Shown here one piece after another: positions 14,901 through 46,400 of a stretch of 64,000 nucleotides of DNA (the stretch's first letter is position 1; each line of letters begins with the position of its first letter). The notes beneath the pieces are model-generated. The model had not been told where the DNA came from. It was given only the letters and a program-made list of their open reading frames with translations, and did not search any database. Source of the stretch: Asterias rubens (lineage: Eukaryota); NCBI RefSeq assembly GCF_902459465.1, contig NC_047082.1, forward strand, positions 8,990,001-9,054,000, in the 5' to 3' direction. A program made the translations under genes and the position numbers.

Positions 14901-16900
14901 CCGGACACGTTCGATAATAATTGTCAAAGGCCAGTATTCTCGCTTGATGTATCCCAGTATGCTCAACATAACCAGATCTGAACCAAACAAACCCGTGACA
15001 AATATTGGCTCAATTGGTCATCGAAGTCGCAAGAGAATAATGAAAGAAAAAAACACCCTTGTTGCACAAATTAATGTGTGTGCTTTCTCTCTTCAGAGGG
15101 AGCCTTTTCTCACATTATATTCAAAAGCTCTCCATAATTGCTCGCTACCAAGTACATTTGTACACTAACAATTGTTTTGAGTAGTTATATACCAATAGTG
15201 TCTTAGCATGAAATGTTTATAGACAAGCTTAGGTTTTTGCTGTGATTATAGGCAAGGTTTTGGCTGTGGTATTTTCCGTTCGTGGCCTCTTCTTTCTGCC
15301 GACCGCACACAAAGACCATCCTCTAGATAACCAGTTATCGACAACCACTTTCCAGTAACTCCTCCATGATACCCAGAGCCATCGATCTGTTGCCATCTTG
15401 GCACTAAGCCGGCCATTCAACACATTCCTCCTGAACAATTGACTGTCAGGATTCCAAGCACTCGATTGTTGACTTCTCTGTTTGTCCTATCACTTTCTTT
15501 GAGTCCTTTCGCTTGGAGAAAGTTTTTTTGGAATAACAACACTCAAGACGTGTTTATTTAGGCGTGAGATAATATTTCGACCTTTCACACTGTACACGAA
15601 AAAGACAGGGGAGGGATGCTTAAATAAATCCAATGAACACGGGTGTGAACAAAGAAATCATCCAAATAAATAGTCCTTCATAGCTAGCTATATAGGCCTT
15701 TTAAAGACAGGGGTTTTCAAGAAAAATAATAACATTCTTATAGAAGAAGTATACAGGTTTGGTGTCACATTCTTATTGGGCATATTTCGATTTCGACAGG
15801 TTTTTAACTGTATCATTATTAAGTTGATTACAAACAGTTTATTTCCCTAACGTTGGTAAACTCGCAGCTCAACATAGCAATTCTCCCATGCAAACCCACG
15901 CAACATTTTGCCATAAAATCTGTATTCAGAAAGTACCTTGATTATAAAGTGTGTACTGGTGTACGTGGTATGCTAGAACTCATTTTTAAATGTCTCTCGT
16001 ACCTTTTTTTGTAATTTTTATATTTTCTATTTTATGTACTATAGTACAATAGCCAAATAAAACAAATGACCAATGGTGTCAAATGGTATGCCAATCAACT
16101 GGTATACGGTCGTTTAGAGTAGAAAGGTTAAATTCCTTTAGGTGTACCATCAGGAATAATTTAAATACCCAACAATACCTGAGACGTTTTTTTCTGTTAT
16201 TGGTTTCCAAAAGTCTTTCACTGTTTTTGTTTGTTTTCCATCTTATGCTAGTTTGACATGACTTGAGAAAAAAAATAGCTTCGATGCACAATCAGCCCTG
16301 CATTGTTGAAGATTGGTAAAAAACACAAAGTTTTAGAATTAAATTTAATCTGATATAATATTATTACCAGAGGTTATATTTTTATTTCTCAATTTTAAGT
16401 TGTTGAGTACATTACAGTGGATTATCTAACACAATAACACATGTCGTCCTCGTTGATTATACAACAAAAAACACGTGTGCCCCATTTAATAATATTCAGA
16501 ATTAAAACGAGCTTCTTTGAGTTGGAGTTAGGTATGGCCGTTCTCACTCAACATCAAAAATAGAAATATTGTCTCTTTGATCTTTAGATGAAAATAACTT
16601 GTATAATGTATAATTGAAGTAGTCATACGTTGTAAATGGTGTTAACAATAGCGTTTTCTTGTTGCTTCAGGAAAATAATTGTAACACAAAATATCGGTCG
16701 CTGATTAATTGTTTCGTCATCACAGGCTCGGTCACAGCTGATCACACGGAGGGCTTTGAGGCCGTCACACAAAGGAGGTGTTACCGTCTAAAGCCCCGCT
16801 CAGCCGGGTGCCGCAGCTGCCTCGACACGCTCATTATCAAGCTCTCGTTAATACTTCTTTCGTTAAAAAAAAGATTCGATATTATGTGAATATAACGAGC

Positions 16901-17242
16901 TTAAAGGTACTGTGCACTGTTGGTAATAACTCAAAATAACGAGCAATGGGGGGTCGTTTGGTAGAATAAAACATGATGAGAAACGGATCCCTCTGAGAAA
17001 GAGATAATTTCTCACTCGAATATTAAAAGACTCCAGGTCCGAAGCCTTTTTATTATGCATCTGAAAGTACACAAAGTAAGGCATTAAGGGTGTTTTCCCC
17101 CCATCATTATTCTCTTGCAATTTCGACGACCAATTGAATAACAATTTTCACAGGTTTGTTATTTTATGCATATGTTGAGATACACCAAGTCAGAAGACTG
17201 GTCTTTGACAATAATATTACCAATAGTGTCCAGTGTCTTTAA
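16901..17242. mobile_element. T2/Kolobok-type MITE family A copy with an extended flanking duplication
   Basis: ttaaaggtactgtgcac ... gtgtccagtgtctttaa; flank gtgaat(a)ataacgagcttaa is present on both sides. Confidence 0.85.
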
Positions 17243-17924
17243 GTGAATAATAACGAGCTTAAACCAGGCAAGATCTCCGGGCGTGCATGTCTCGTCCTCT
17301 CGGTCCCCGATGATCTACAGATTCCCTCGCTATTGATTGGTTTCTATTGTGTGATGCACGCGACCCTCCCGCAGGTACACAGTGAAAGACAATAATGAGA
17401 CTGAAATGCTGCAGTCCCAATTGCTTCATTAAAAAACCACACAATTTGATATTAAAAACTTGCATCATCATTGCCAATGCCATTCGAGGTCTCGCTACAC
17501 TGTTTTTCAGCTACCGGGATACAAAGGTCTGAAAACTCCAAACAATTCTTCAAACTTATTTTCCCCCTTTTTTAGTGTGGGTTTCTCTAAAGGCACTGGA
17601 CACCTTTCGGTATTTTTTGTCAAAGAGATCACATGGAGTGTCCTTAACATCATGCACAAAATAACGAGTCTGTGAAATCGCTGCAAGAAAATAATGTTGA
17701 GAGTAAAATTACCCTCATTGCACAAAATTTTGGCTTTCACTTGCTTAAAAAGGCTTCAGGCCCGGTCTTTTTGATATTTTGAGTGATAAATAACCTCTTT
17801 CTCTTTTCTCAAAAAGTATACGTTACTTCAGAGGGAGCTATTTCTCACAATGTTTTATTAATATCATTCCGTTTTCATGCTAACAATTACTATAATATGA
17901 CAGCGTTTTATTTCATTCCAAAAG

Positions 17925-20840
17925 GATCCTCCAGCCGTTTCCAAAAGGGTGTCCGGCTTTGTCAAGACGACACCTGATAAACTTCCCGGAGAACCGTCCA
18001 AGGTAAGTTTTGAGCATCTTTCTGTTGAAACTCAACTCACAGACTGACAACCGAGGACAGACAGAGAAAGAAGAGGAAGATGAAAAAGGAGATGGAGAGA
18101 TGAAATCACCATGGCAACATGGAGCAGAGTGACAAAATTAATGACAGAAGAGACTGGAAATTGTTTGAGGTTAAATAAATTAATTAATTAATAATAAACG
18201 TTGCTACATCAGAGAAGGTTGCTACTTTAGAAAGGATAGGAAATTAATCCAGCATGATATATAAGACGATGACGATGAAGATGAAAATGAAGATGATAAT
18301 GACAGTGATGACGATGATGACGAGTACGGTGACAATTGTAATAACAATGACGATGACAATGACTTTGACATGACAATGCTGACGACGAGTACGGTGGCAA
18401 CTGCAGTGACATTGACAATTAAGACCACTATGACAATGACGAGTTCGATGACAATCACGATAACAATGACATCGACTATGACGATGACAATGGCGATGAC
18501 AATGACGACAATGACGGCAACTATGACGATGACAGTGACGATGACGAGGAGGATGATGAAAGTGAAGATGACAACGACGACAGCTATGACGAGTACATTG
18601 ACGACAACCATTGCCATGATGGGGGAAATGATGATAATGATGACGCCCTTCCAGCCCAGGGGAAGATTAAATTCAACCAATCTCAATCCTTCCTAAAATT
18701 ACATGGCCGACGAGTTGAGGACAAGTCTGCATCTCTAACCATTCTTGTAAAAATGTCTTCCCATGCCAGGAGGAGGTCACTAAGAAGACCAAGGGGCGGG
18801 ACCGTGGCGCCTCTTACATCGACGTCGATTTCACACCAATCGTCCCAACATCAATCGTCCCTACATCAACACCCGTGATTGGTGACCAACATGAGGACAA
18901 CTTCAACTTGGGTGACGGTGCAGATCCCGAAGGTTGGCTTTATCAAATTATTTGGGTTTGAACAAGTTTGAAATCACTATTGTAACAATCTTCCTCGGTA
19001 TTTATTCTTAAGTCAAAGTCACCCAGGTAACATCGTGTCGTTATTTAAATAAAAATATCAGGACGCAGTTTTGACTGTGGTAATGACATTTTGGTTTCAA
19101 GACCTTCGCATGCAGCTCTGTCGGGATATTACTTTACGTTACGTTACATTGTGTTACACTACGTTACGTTACCTTACATTACATCATGTTACAATATATG
19201 TTACGTTACATTGTGTAACGTTACATTACATTACGTTACGTGACGTTACGTTATGTTACGTTACGTTCAATAAGGTTACGTTACGTTCAGTTACATTACG
19301 TCTTAGACCGAAAATAGGGTGGGGGGACTTACCCCTCGGTGACCAAAGTAAATCAAAACTGTACGGAGAATTGTTGTGAAAAATTGTGATCGTTCATGGG
19401 TTCATTTGCAAGTTTTATAAATAAGGGAATAAAAGGATAGCTTCTAGTTCTTTCACGGCCGTTTAAAACAGGCATGTTCGAATTGTCGTGTGATAAAGGC
19501 CCGAGCCGAAAGGCCTTTATCACACGGCAATTCGTACACGGCAATTTGTATAGCTATGAATTGCGTTCCGCGTGATAATCTTGCCCGCCCGACACGCGGA
19601 AGCCAGCTTGTTATAAACACTGGTCATTATCAAAGGTTTATACACCCCCACGTGACGCGCTCTCCACTAATAGGAATAGCGAAACTGTCTGAGGTATTTA
19701 TGAATCGGTCTTTATATCCTCGGTTATTTTGTTTTCTCTCAACGAAAAACAAAACAAAAATCTGTTCAATATTAATCTAATACATGTACTTAATAACATA
19801 TTATTACTATGATTTGTTTTATACACAATTCAGATTTTCCTGAGGTCGCTCTTCAGCCGGTTTCATGTTCGCCTCGCTCTGTGAGTTTGTAATGTTTAGA
19901 TGTAGGCACTGGACACCTTTGGTAATTTTGTCCAAGACCAGTATTTTCACTTGGTGTGTCCCAAAAAAATTCAAATTTTGACTCATCTGGTCATCAAAAC
20001 TGCACAAGAAAACAACAACAATGTTGCACAAATTTGTGTGCTTTAAAGTGCCTAAAGACTTGATGTTTTTTTTTTTTTTTTTTTTTTTGAGTGACCAAGA
20101 AAGTAACAATTATTTTGACTAAATACCAATAGTTTATATAATGCATTTATAATGTATTTTTGAAATTCATTCGAAAACTTGATACCGTATTCTTATTTGT
20201 ATAGCTGCGTACAACTTTGAGGTAACACCCTAGAGTTATTTCATCAATGATATTTATTTTCTCTGTTTTTTGAACACCAAAGGCCTCTGAACCCTACTCC
20301 GATTTCATGGCTATTCCAGGATCAGTGTCAGACAAATCAAACTACGTCGAACAGGTACGTAATCTTCAATTTCTTTTGTTTTCCCTGATTTGTTTCTGGT
20401 TTGGGCTTTTTTGTGAGGGAATTTTCTTTATTTCGGAGGGAACCTATGATGAGGTTGTGGTGTCTCATAATAAAAGTATATTATATATATATTTAAAAAA
20501 AAATTTTTTTTTTGCATTATTCATTGTTTTAATTTACATTAACTCATGTTCTGAGGAAACCTCCCCTTTGACAAAGTTTGGGGTCTTCCATTAAAATAAA
20601 ATATTTATATTGATTTAATAGATTACAAAAAAAAAATCAAAAACATTAATCGAAGAGAAATACAATCCAGCTATCATGCTAGGTAAAATTAGCGAAACAA
20701 ACATGTAATTGTTCTCGTTACAGGTAAAAGTTACCCATCGTTTTCTGGAGAAGGGAATTTGGCATATCGTGGAAGAAGAGAAAGTCGTCCGGAAAGTTTA
20801 TTGTCGACCTCAGACCAAACGAGAGACTACTGCGGTGTGA
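17925..20840 (+). CDS. Uncharacterised multi-exon gene, 5' end unresolved; low-complexity, probably cytoplasmic protein ending ...KRETTAV*
   Basis: Five exons with AG/GT ends and matching phases 0-0-1-0-0: 17925-18002 (DPPAVSKRVSGFVKTTPDKLPGEPSK), 18770-18932 (EEVTKKTKGRDRGASYIDVDFTPIVPTSIVPTSTPVIGDQHEDNFNLGDGADPE), 19834-19880 (DFPEVALQPVSCSPRS), 20283-20354 (ASEPYSDFMAIPGSVSDKSNYVEQ), 20724-20840 (VKVTHRFLEKGIWHIVEEEKVVRKVYCRPQTKRETTAV*). A possible upstream exon ends at 17374 (cag|gtacac) with an in-frame ATG at 17354, which would give 165 aa. No family recognised. Confidence 0.72.
18265..18650 (+). repeat. Degenerate (GAY/AAY)n trinucleotide-phase low-complexity tract, intronic
   Basis: Runs such as gacgatgacgatgaagatgaaaatgaagatgataatgac. 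The tract explains the poly-MT and poly-VI ORFs in the track. Confidence 0.9.
19131..19302. repeat. Degenerate (GTTAC)n pentanucleotide microsatellite
   Basis: acgttacgttacattg...ttacgttacgttcagttacattacg. Confidence 0.9.
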
Positions 20841-22062
20841 TAACAAGTTACGTTGAATGGATCAAAATTAAGCGCAAATGCAAATGGGACTTGAATCAAG
20901 TCTAGGTTAAACCATGCGAGGTAGAATTAGAGGTTAAACTATGGTGAAACAATGGATACGCACATCAGGGGTGTGTTCCACTTGCGCAAATGTTGTCAAC
21001 ATTTCGGGCCCCTGTCTTTATCCGCAAGGATTCACGGGCCTCGAAGTGTGACGTCAGATATTCAGGCTATTACCTCAAGCCGAGGGCGCCCTACAACTCA
21101 ATTATTTTCAAAAACTTGACACGATCTATTCGGGATATTGATAATTCAACATCAGTGCTGTTCTTGCTTTATTGTTTGTAACTTTAGCGACAAGTAAAAA
21201 TATTGATGGTGAAATAAACTGGGAAAAAAAAAAAAAAAAAAACATTTCACAAGTTGTTCGTAAAAATAATATGGAACCTTTACGTGGATAGCTATTAATA
21301 AAGTAGGTATGGTAATTGCTGTTTAGTTATTTCATTATTTTTCTTCTATCTAGACCATTGCAAAAAATCTTGTATATCTATTATTTACATGTCATTCAAG
21401 TGTTGATATCTCATACTGCTTTCCTTTATTGCAGTTTCTACTCTGTACAGTCTATTTACACAAAACATTTATTGGTTCCAATCCGTAGGAAGCATATCGG
21501 TAGTATTCACTTTGCAAAACGGAAGGTGAAAGTTCTAATTTGAAGCAGTATTACCTGGTTATAATCGTCCAAAATGTGATAATATTTATACGCAACATGA
21601 CATTCGAGTTTGTGACAACATTTCAAAATCTAAATAGTTGTATTTCACTTAATATCAGATAAACCATGTTCATGAGTCTTGTTGCCTTTCCAAATTGCTT
21701 GTAACTAAGTAGGGTGCCAGACTTAAGTTTTGCATCCTTGTTTTCGAGCAACTTTACCAGTTAGCAGAATGTAGTTATTTCTAGATATTATCAGAGTTCC
21801 ATAATTATGATGGGAGAGAAATCTAAAATTATTATGTGCTTCAGAAAAATGTCAGTAACCGAGAATGTCTGACTCAATCGTAATGCTGTAGTTTCCAAAC
21901 TGCTAGTTAAATCGGGAGCTTTCATCGCAAATTAAATAAAAAATAATGTTCATGTCAGTTGTGTGTAGACAATACGTTGTTGGACGAATTTTATTTCCGG
22001 ATCGTTGTTCTTATTATTTGTTGTTGTTGATGTTGTTGTTTTGGGATTCTTCTTGTTGTTGT

Positions 22063-41382
<19,320 letters not shown>

Positions 41383-41698
41383 AATTGCTAAGGCTACCCG
41401 TTCGAATTATTTGAAAAATTTGTGTATGACGACCACGATAAAATTTAGCCCACCATTTTCCCGTCGACAGGACCAAGCCCCTTCTGACTTTTTGAAACTA
41501 CTCGCTGTGTAATTTTGTTGTTTGTGGGCGCGCGTGGGGATCGGAGATGCCAAACGGATTCGGTCATTCTTTGTTGTTGAACGAAGAACGACAAGAGCGC
41601 GCTCACTGCTACCCTTTGAAAACACGCGCTCTGATATAAATGCAAAGATCTTTGGATTGGCCGCGCGAACACGCTGGTTCAGCCATAGGGTCACGTGC

Positions 41699-42072
41699 TT
41701 AAAGGAACACGTTGCCTTGGATCGGTCGAGTTGGTCTTTGAAAAGCGTGTGTAACCGTTTGTTATGAAATGCACATGGGTAAAAAGATGTTGTAAAAGTA
41801 GAATACAATGATCCACACAAACATGCCTCGAAATTGCACGGTTTTCCTTTTACCCCGTCGACTAACACGGTGGGCCATTTATGGGAGTCAGATTGGTCGA
41901 CCTTGTTGGTTCACACAGTAAAGGGCAAACCGCGCAATTTCGAGGCAAACTTGTGTGGATCATTGTATTCTACTTTTAAAACATCTTTCTAACCATATGC
42001 ATTTTATAACAAACGGTTACAAACGCTTTTTATAGACCAACTCGTCCGATCAAAGGCAACGTGTTCCTTTAA
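41699..42072. mobile_element. Near-palindromic T2/Kolobok-type MITE (TTAA|AGG...CCT|TTAA) just upstream of the guanylate cyclase gene
   Basis: About 150-bp inverted arms (aggaacacgttgcctt.gatcgg.cgagttggtc...) with TTAA at 41699-41702 and 42069-42072. Confidence 0.9.
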
Positions 42073-42342
42073 GCTTTACGTCAATCACATTCCAAAGGCA
42101 CCTTTGACCCCTTGTCTAAAAAGTTGCCTAATTGTGATGTAAGGTTTATCTATGATTTTGTTTAAAAAAAATTTGGGGGATAATAAATTTAATGTGTTTT
42201 CACATAATGAATAATCAAATTGAAACGGACTAGAAGTAATCGATCATTGTTACAAAGACCGTGAGCAAACTAAACTTCGCACAATGGCATCTACAGAGCT
42301 TTGCAGCTCGTCCAGCTGTCATTTTATACCCTTTACCATCGA

Positions 42343-42582
42343 GGAGACGGTTTCCTGATTTGCTGAGACCGTTTCTTCCAACTGGTCTACCCTCCGTCGT
42401 GTTTCGCTCAGTTCATAGGAGACGGTTTCCTGATTTGCTGAGACCGTTTCTTCCAACTGATCTACCTTCCGTCGTGTTTCGCTCAGTTCATAGGAGACGG
42501 TTTCCTGATTTGCTGAGACCGTTTCTTCCAACTGGTCTACCTTCCGTCGTGTTTCGCTCAGTTCATAGGAGACGGTTTCCTG
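42343..42582 (-). repeat. 75-bp tandem repeat, about 3.2 copies, with an open coiled-coil-like frame on the minus strand
   Basis: Units start at 42343, 42418, 42493 and 42568. The minus frame reads (LEETVSANQETVSYELSETRRKVDQ)n. Confidence 0.95.
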
Positions 42583-43466
42583 GTTGCTGTCCAGGCTGAA
42601 ATTATTAGGTTGTTATTATTATTATTTTTAACTAGACTGGGAAAAAGTACAACTATAAACCTAAACCAAAATGTACGTTTTACCTCAAAATAATTTGTGG
42701 CCGAATACGTCTCGTTTTTTGAGAAGTTGCGTGACTTATAACAATCGCCGTGTAATAAATCATAACGAGAGTGTATTGTTAAGAATTCAGGACATAATTC
42801 TTGCTCCTCGAACGCAGGAAGGTTTTGGTTGTGAGTTATAAAATTACCGGATCACACGATGTCTTCAAAAAATACACAATAAATCACAGCCTCATCGTTT
42901 GAAATCTGTCTTGTATACACCCTACAATGTAATTACTCAAAAGTAACTTTGGGTTTGCAAGAAAGGATAATAGGTTTGGCGAATGAATTGTTGTCAAATT
43001 CGTGCCTAAGTCATGGGGAAACCTGTCGCCCGGAGATACTGTCCCCATTGTGATAAAGAACGTGCGTTCCATGAGGATGAATCAAAAGAGGGCGCTAATA
43101 GTTTGTACTCAGTATGGGGGGGGGGCACATTATGGCAACCGTTGTATTAAAGTTGTAGCAGAAGTTTAGGAGCAAGAACATCTGACGTCACACTTCGAGG
43201 CTCGTGAATAACGCCAGAGACCTGTCTCCAGACCGGCTTGTATTTTCACCTCAAATTATATTGCGGACGTGACAGCAGTGTACTGTTTGAGCACATGGAA
43301 AGCTAATGTCACTGCACGTTTACAATGATACTATTGTATCAAATGGAATCAAAACTACAAAAATGGTTTTAACAAAGCACTTTTAGAAGAAAAAAACCCT
43401 CGATTTTAACACAGGAAATGAAGAAAACAAAGTTGGAGTAACTAATCTCGTTGTCCGTTGTAACTC

Positions 43467-46400
43467 TTACAATTGAAGAACAAAGAATTTTGCAAAAATG
43501 GTTCCCATGTAGATGAAGGCCGTGTAGCAGCCGTTGAGGGCAGTAGCACCACATGTGACCGTGACTCTCGTAGGATGTTCAGATACCAACATATCTTTGT
43601 AGGTGTTTCTTGAGCCATTGTTCGGCGCTGGCACAACGCCAAGAATCTCACACATTAAAGAGTAAATATTCACCTGGAATGAAACAATATTTTGAAATAT
43701 TGTTAATTTCCAAAATGTTTACATTGTCAAGGAATATTTTTATTATAATTATTTTTTTCAAAAACAACAAGTCATTATTAGTGGTTGCTAAGAGCAAGCT
43801 CAAGTGCGCACATGTTAGTCGACTACTGACCAGTAACGTACATGCACAATGACCCACTTACTCGAACGACTAGTTTGGAAGTCTAGTCAACCATTGCCTT
43901 CCGCGTTTTCACTTTAGTGTCACTGGTTCCCCTTTTCGCTTTCCACATGTTAGCATGGAACAGGTTTTTGGGACCAGTGAAGAAACCATTGTCCCGAGGC
44001 TCGTTCCAAATGGACAGTAGTCAACCAATGGTCGACCAGCCCGGGTTCGAGTCAAAATAGTCAACATTAAACCATGGTGCACGCTCGAACTTTCTCTAAA
44101 TATTCTTACCGATTCAAAATGATTGGCGAGGTATCCATGTCTGAAGCTAGGTCCCTGAGCGTAGAACAAAGACTTCATTGTCATGTCGTCATTGTCGTAA
44201 CCATGACCTGCTGCTGACACATTGTCAACTCTCTGTAGAATGAAAGTTATCAAATCAAAAATTCCATCGGTGGAGTCCAGATATATTGTTCAAAAACACT
44301 GGACCCCTTTGTTAATTGTCAGAGACCTTCTCTCTTGGTTTCTCGCAACATATGCATAAAATAACAAACCTGTGAAAATGTTGGCCCAATTGGTCATTGA
44401 AGGTGCAGCTAGACTTTGGTAATAATATGCCTGTGATTTTTGAAAAACATGTGATTTTTTCTGGAAACAATAATAATAATTTTAATAATAATACAGCATT
44501 TATAAAGCGCACTAAATCTGTGGAACATTCAAAGGCGCTGGTCAAAGAACAAGAAGAAAACTTCGCTCAATATCTGCAAAGGCTAATCTGAAGAGATGGG
44601 TTTTGAGAGAATGTTGGAATCGAGAGATGTCATGTGTGTCCTTGAGATGTTGAGGCAGAAAGTTCCAGAGGCGGGGTGAAATGTTACTGAATGCCCTGTC
44701 CCCATAGCTGGATAAACGGGTCAGAGGAACATAGAGCATGCTGCCCTCAGACCCGGCCTGACACTACGGGGCTGAATCATGTTCTGTATGTAGGTAGGGG
44801 ATAGCCCATGGGGTGCCTTGAATGTCAGAAGGATGATCTTGTATTGGATTCTGGAATGAATGGGTAACCAGTGGAGATTGTGTAAAATAGGAGAAATGTG
44901 TGAAGATATTTTGGTACCGGTCAGTAATCTTGCTGCGGCATTTTGGACAGATTGTAGGTGATGAAGTGTGAACTACCGATTATACACTGCTTAATTTAAA
45001 CACATCGGTGTATATTAATATTGGCATCCCCGATGCAAATTTAATATCTACTAACTATTTGACAATGTTGCTCATTTCATACCATGGAGAATGTGAATAA
45101 TAAGTTATAAGAATTATCTTACCGGAAACATAGTCCATCCTATGTCCATGTACCCAATCAGAGCCAGATTTCGTGGGTTGTTACCGTAGTGAAATCTTGA
45201 AGGAAACTCTTCTTTCTTAAAGATGTTGATCGATGGATGGGCACGTGACAGGGTGCTGTACACCTATTGGTCGGGAATTCACAAGCAAACATTGTTAGTG
45301 AAAATGTGTACCCTGTATCGACTTCATTTTAGTGCTGTGCGTGAGTGGGAGAGTTTCTGTTTTTGCTTTTGTTCTAGTTCTCGACGTTTCAACAAGGCCT
45401 GTTCTGTGGCCTTCATGTGGAGATTCGTCAATTCTTATTGTTAAACATTCACAAGCAACTAATTCATCTGTTAGTTGTATGTCTTTAGCGAATTAGATAA
45501 ACATAAACATTTAAGCCCGATTAAATAATTATACCATTCCCATGAAATATGTAAATTCCGTATAGCGCATGCGCACACACATTTTGGTTGGCCAAAATTA
45601 GGGAACATTGCGCTGTTTTGTATGCGGCTCAAGGCGGCGTGAAACAGAGGCAATGGTACGTCCGTGTAATACACATCTCCATAGCTTTTGCCAACCACTA
45701 GAGGGTCTGTCTGCATATGTAATGTAATTTGCTTATTTTTATTGGAAAGGTCATAGGTTACCTCCTCAAGTGCGCCCTGTACAGGTTGAATCTGAAATAT
45801 TGACCCACCGTCGGAAACGAGCATACCCACTTTCGATTCGTCGATGTAATCAAACAAAGAAAGTGCCTTATCGCCGGAGATCTTAGCCATTCCATGATCA
45901 CTCGCTACAATGAAGTTTAAATTGTCTCCAACATTTGAATCTACCGCTATCTTGGCTAGAATATAACTTATAAGTTCGTTGACTTCACCAGCCACCCTTT
46001 CCGTTTCTTCACTGAAACCCGTATAGTGGAGAGCATCGTCGAGCTTCCCGACGTACAAGAAAACAACATCCAAGTTATCTTCATAGAGCCAGTCAAAGAC
46101 CACTTCTGCGCGATCTATGAGGTTTTGGTACACCTTGGTGGAGTACCCGATGTAGCAATTAGGAAGGATGCCGTCGATCGGCGTTTGACCCCCGGGATAC
46201 ATGAAGCTGCCCGCGCTAAGACCCTGAGTGATTGCCGTGATCCAGAGCGGCTCACCGGCAAAGTTAAACCACCACGTGGAATTCATAGTTTCGCTCCATC
46301 CACCTGTCATTTCGTGTGTGGCTGCGTCAAAGGCTAAGTTATGGACAACACCGTGACTTTCAACGTAGAGACCTGCAAAAACAGACAAGTAAATTAAAGT

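Noticed and set aside
15229-15530. Coding-looking stretch on both strands (possible TM exon on plus; long frame with one stop on minus)
   Set aside because: No splice-phase-compatible link to neighbouring exons and no recognisable homology.
16737-16890. Plus-strand exon candidate after tcatcacag| (GSVTADHTEGFEAV...)
   Set aside because: I could not find a convincing donor in a phase joining it to the 17268/17925 exons. Left unresolved.
18222-18696. 154-aa Val/Ile-rich (minus) and 108-aa Met/Thr-rich (plus) ORFs
   Set aside because: Both are by-products of the GAY/AAY low-complexity tract and lie in an intron of the plus-strand gene.
19071-19379. 102-aa ORF with YVTL repeats
   Set aside because: Translation of the (GTTAC)n microsatellite.
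42343-42582. Regular direct repeats as a CRISPR array
   Set aside because: The units are contiguous with no unique spacers, the context is eukaryotic, and there are no cas genes.
45471-45761. C-terminal part of the 305-aa ORF
   Set aside because: Read-through into intron 3. Homology ends at the gag|gtaacc donor (45762).
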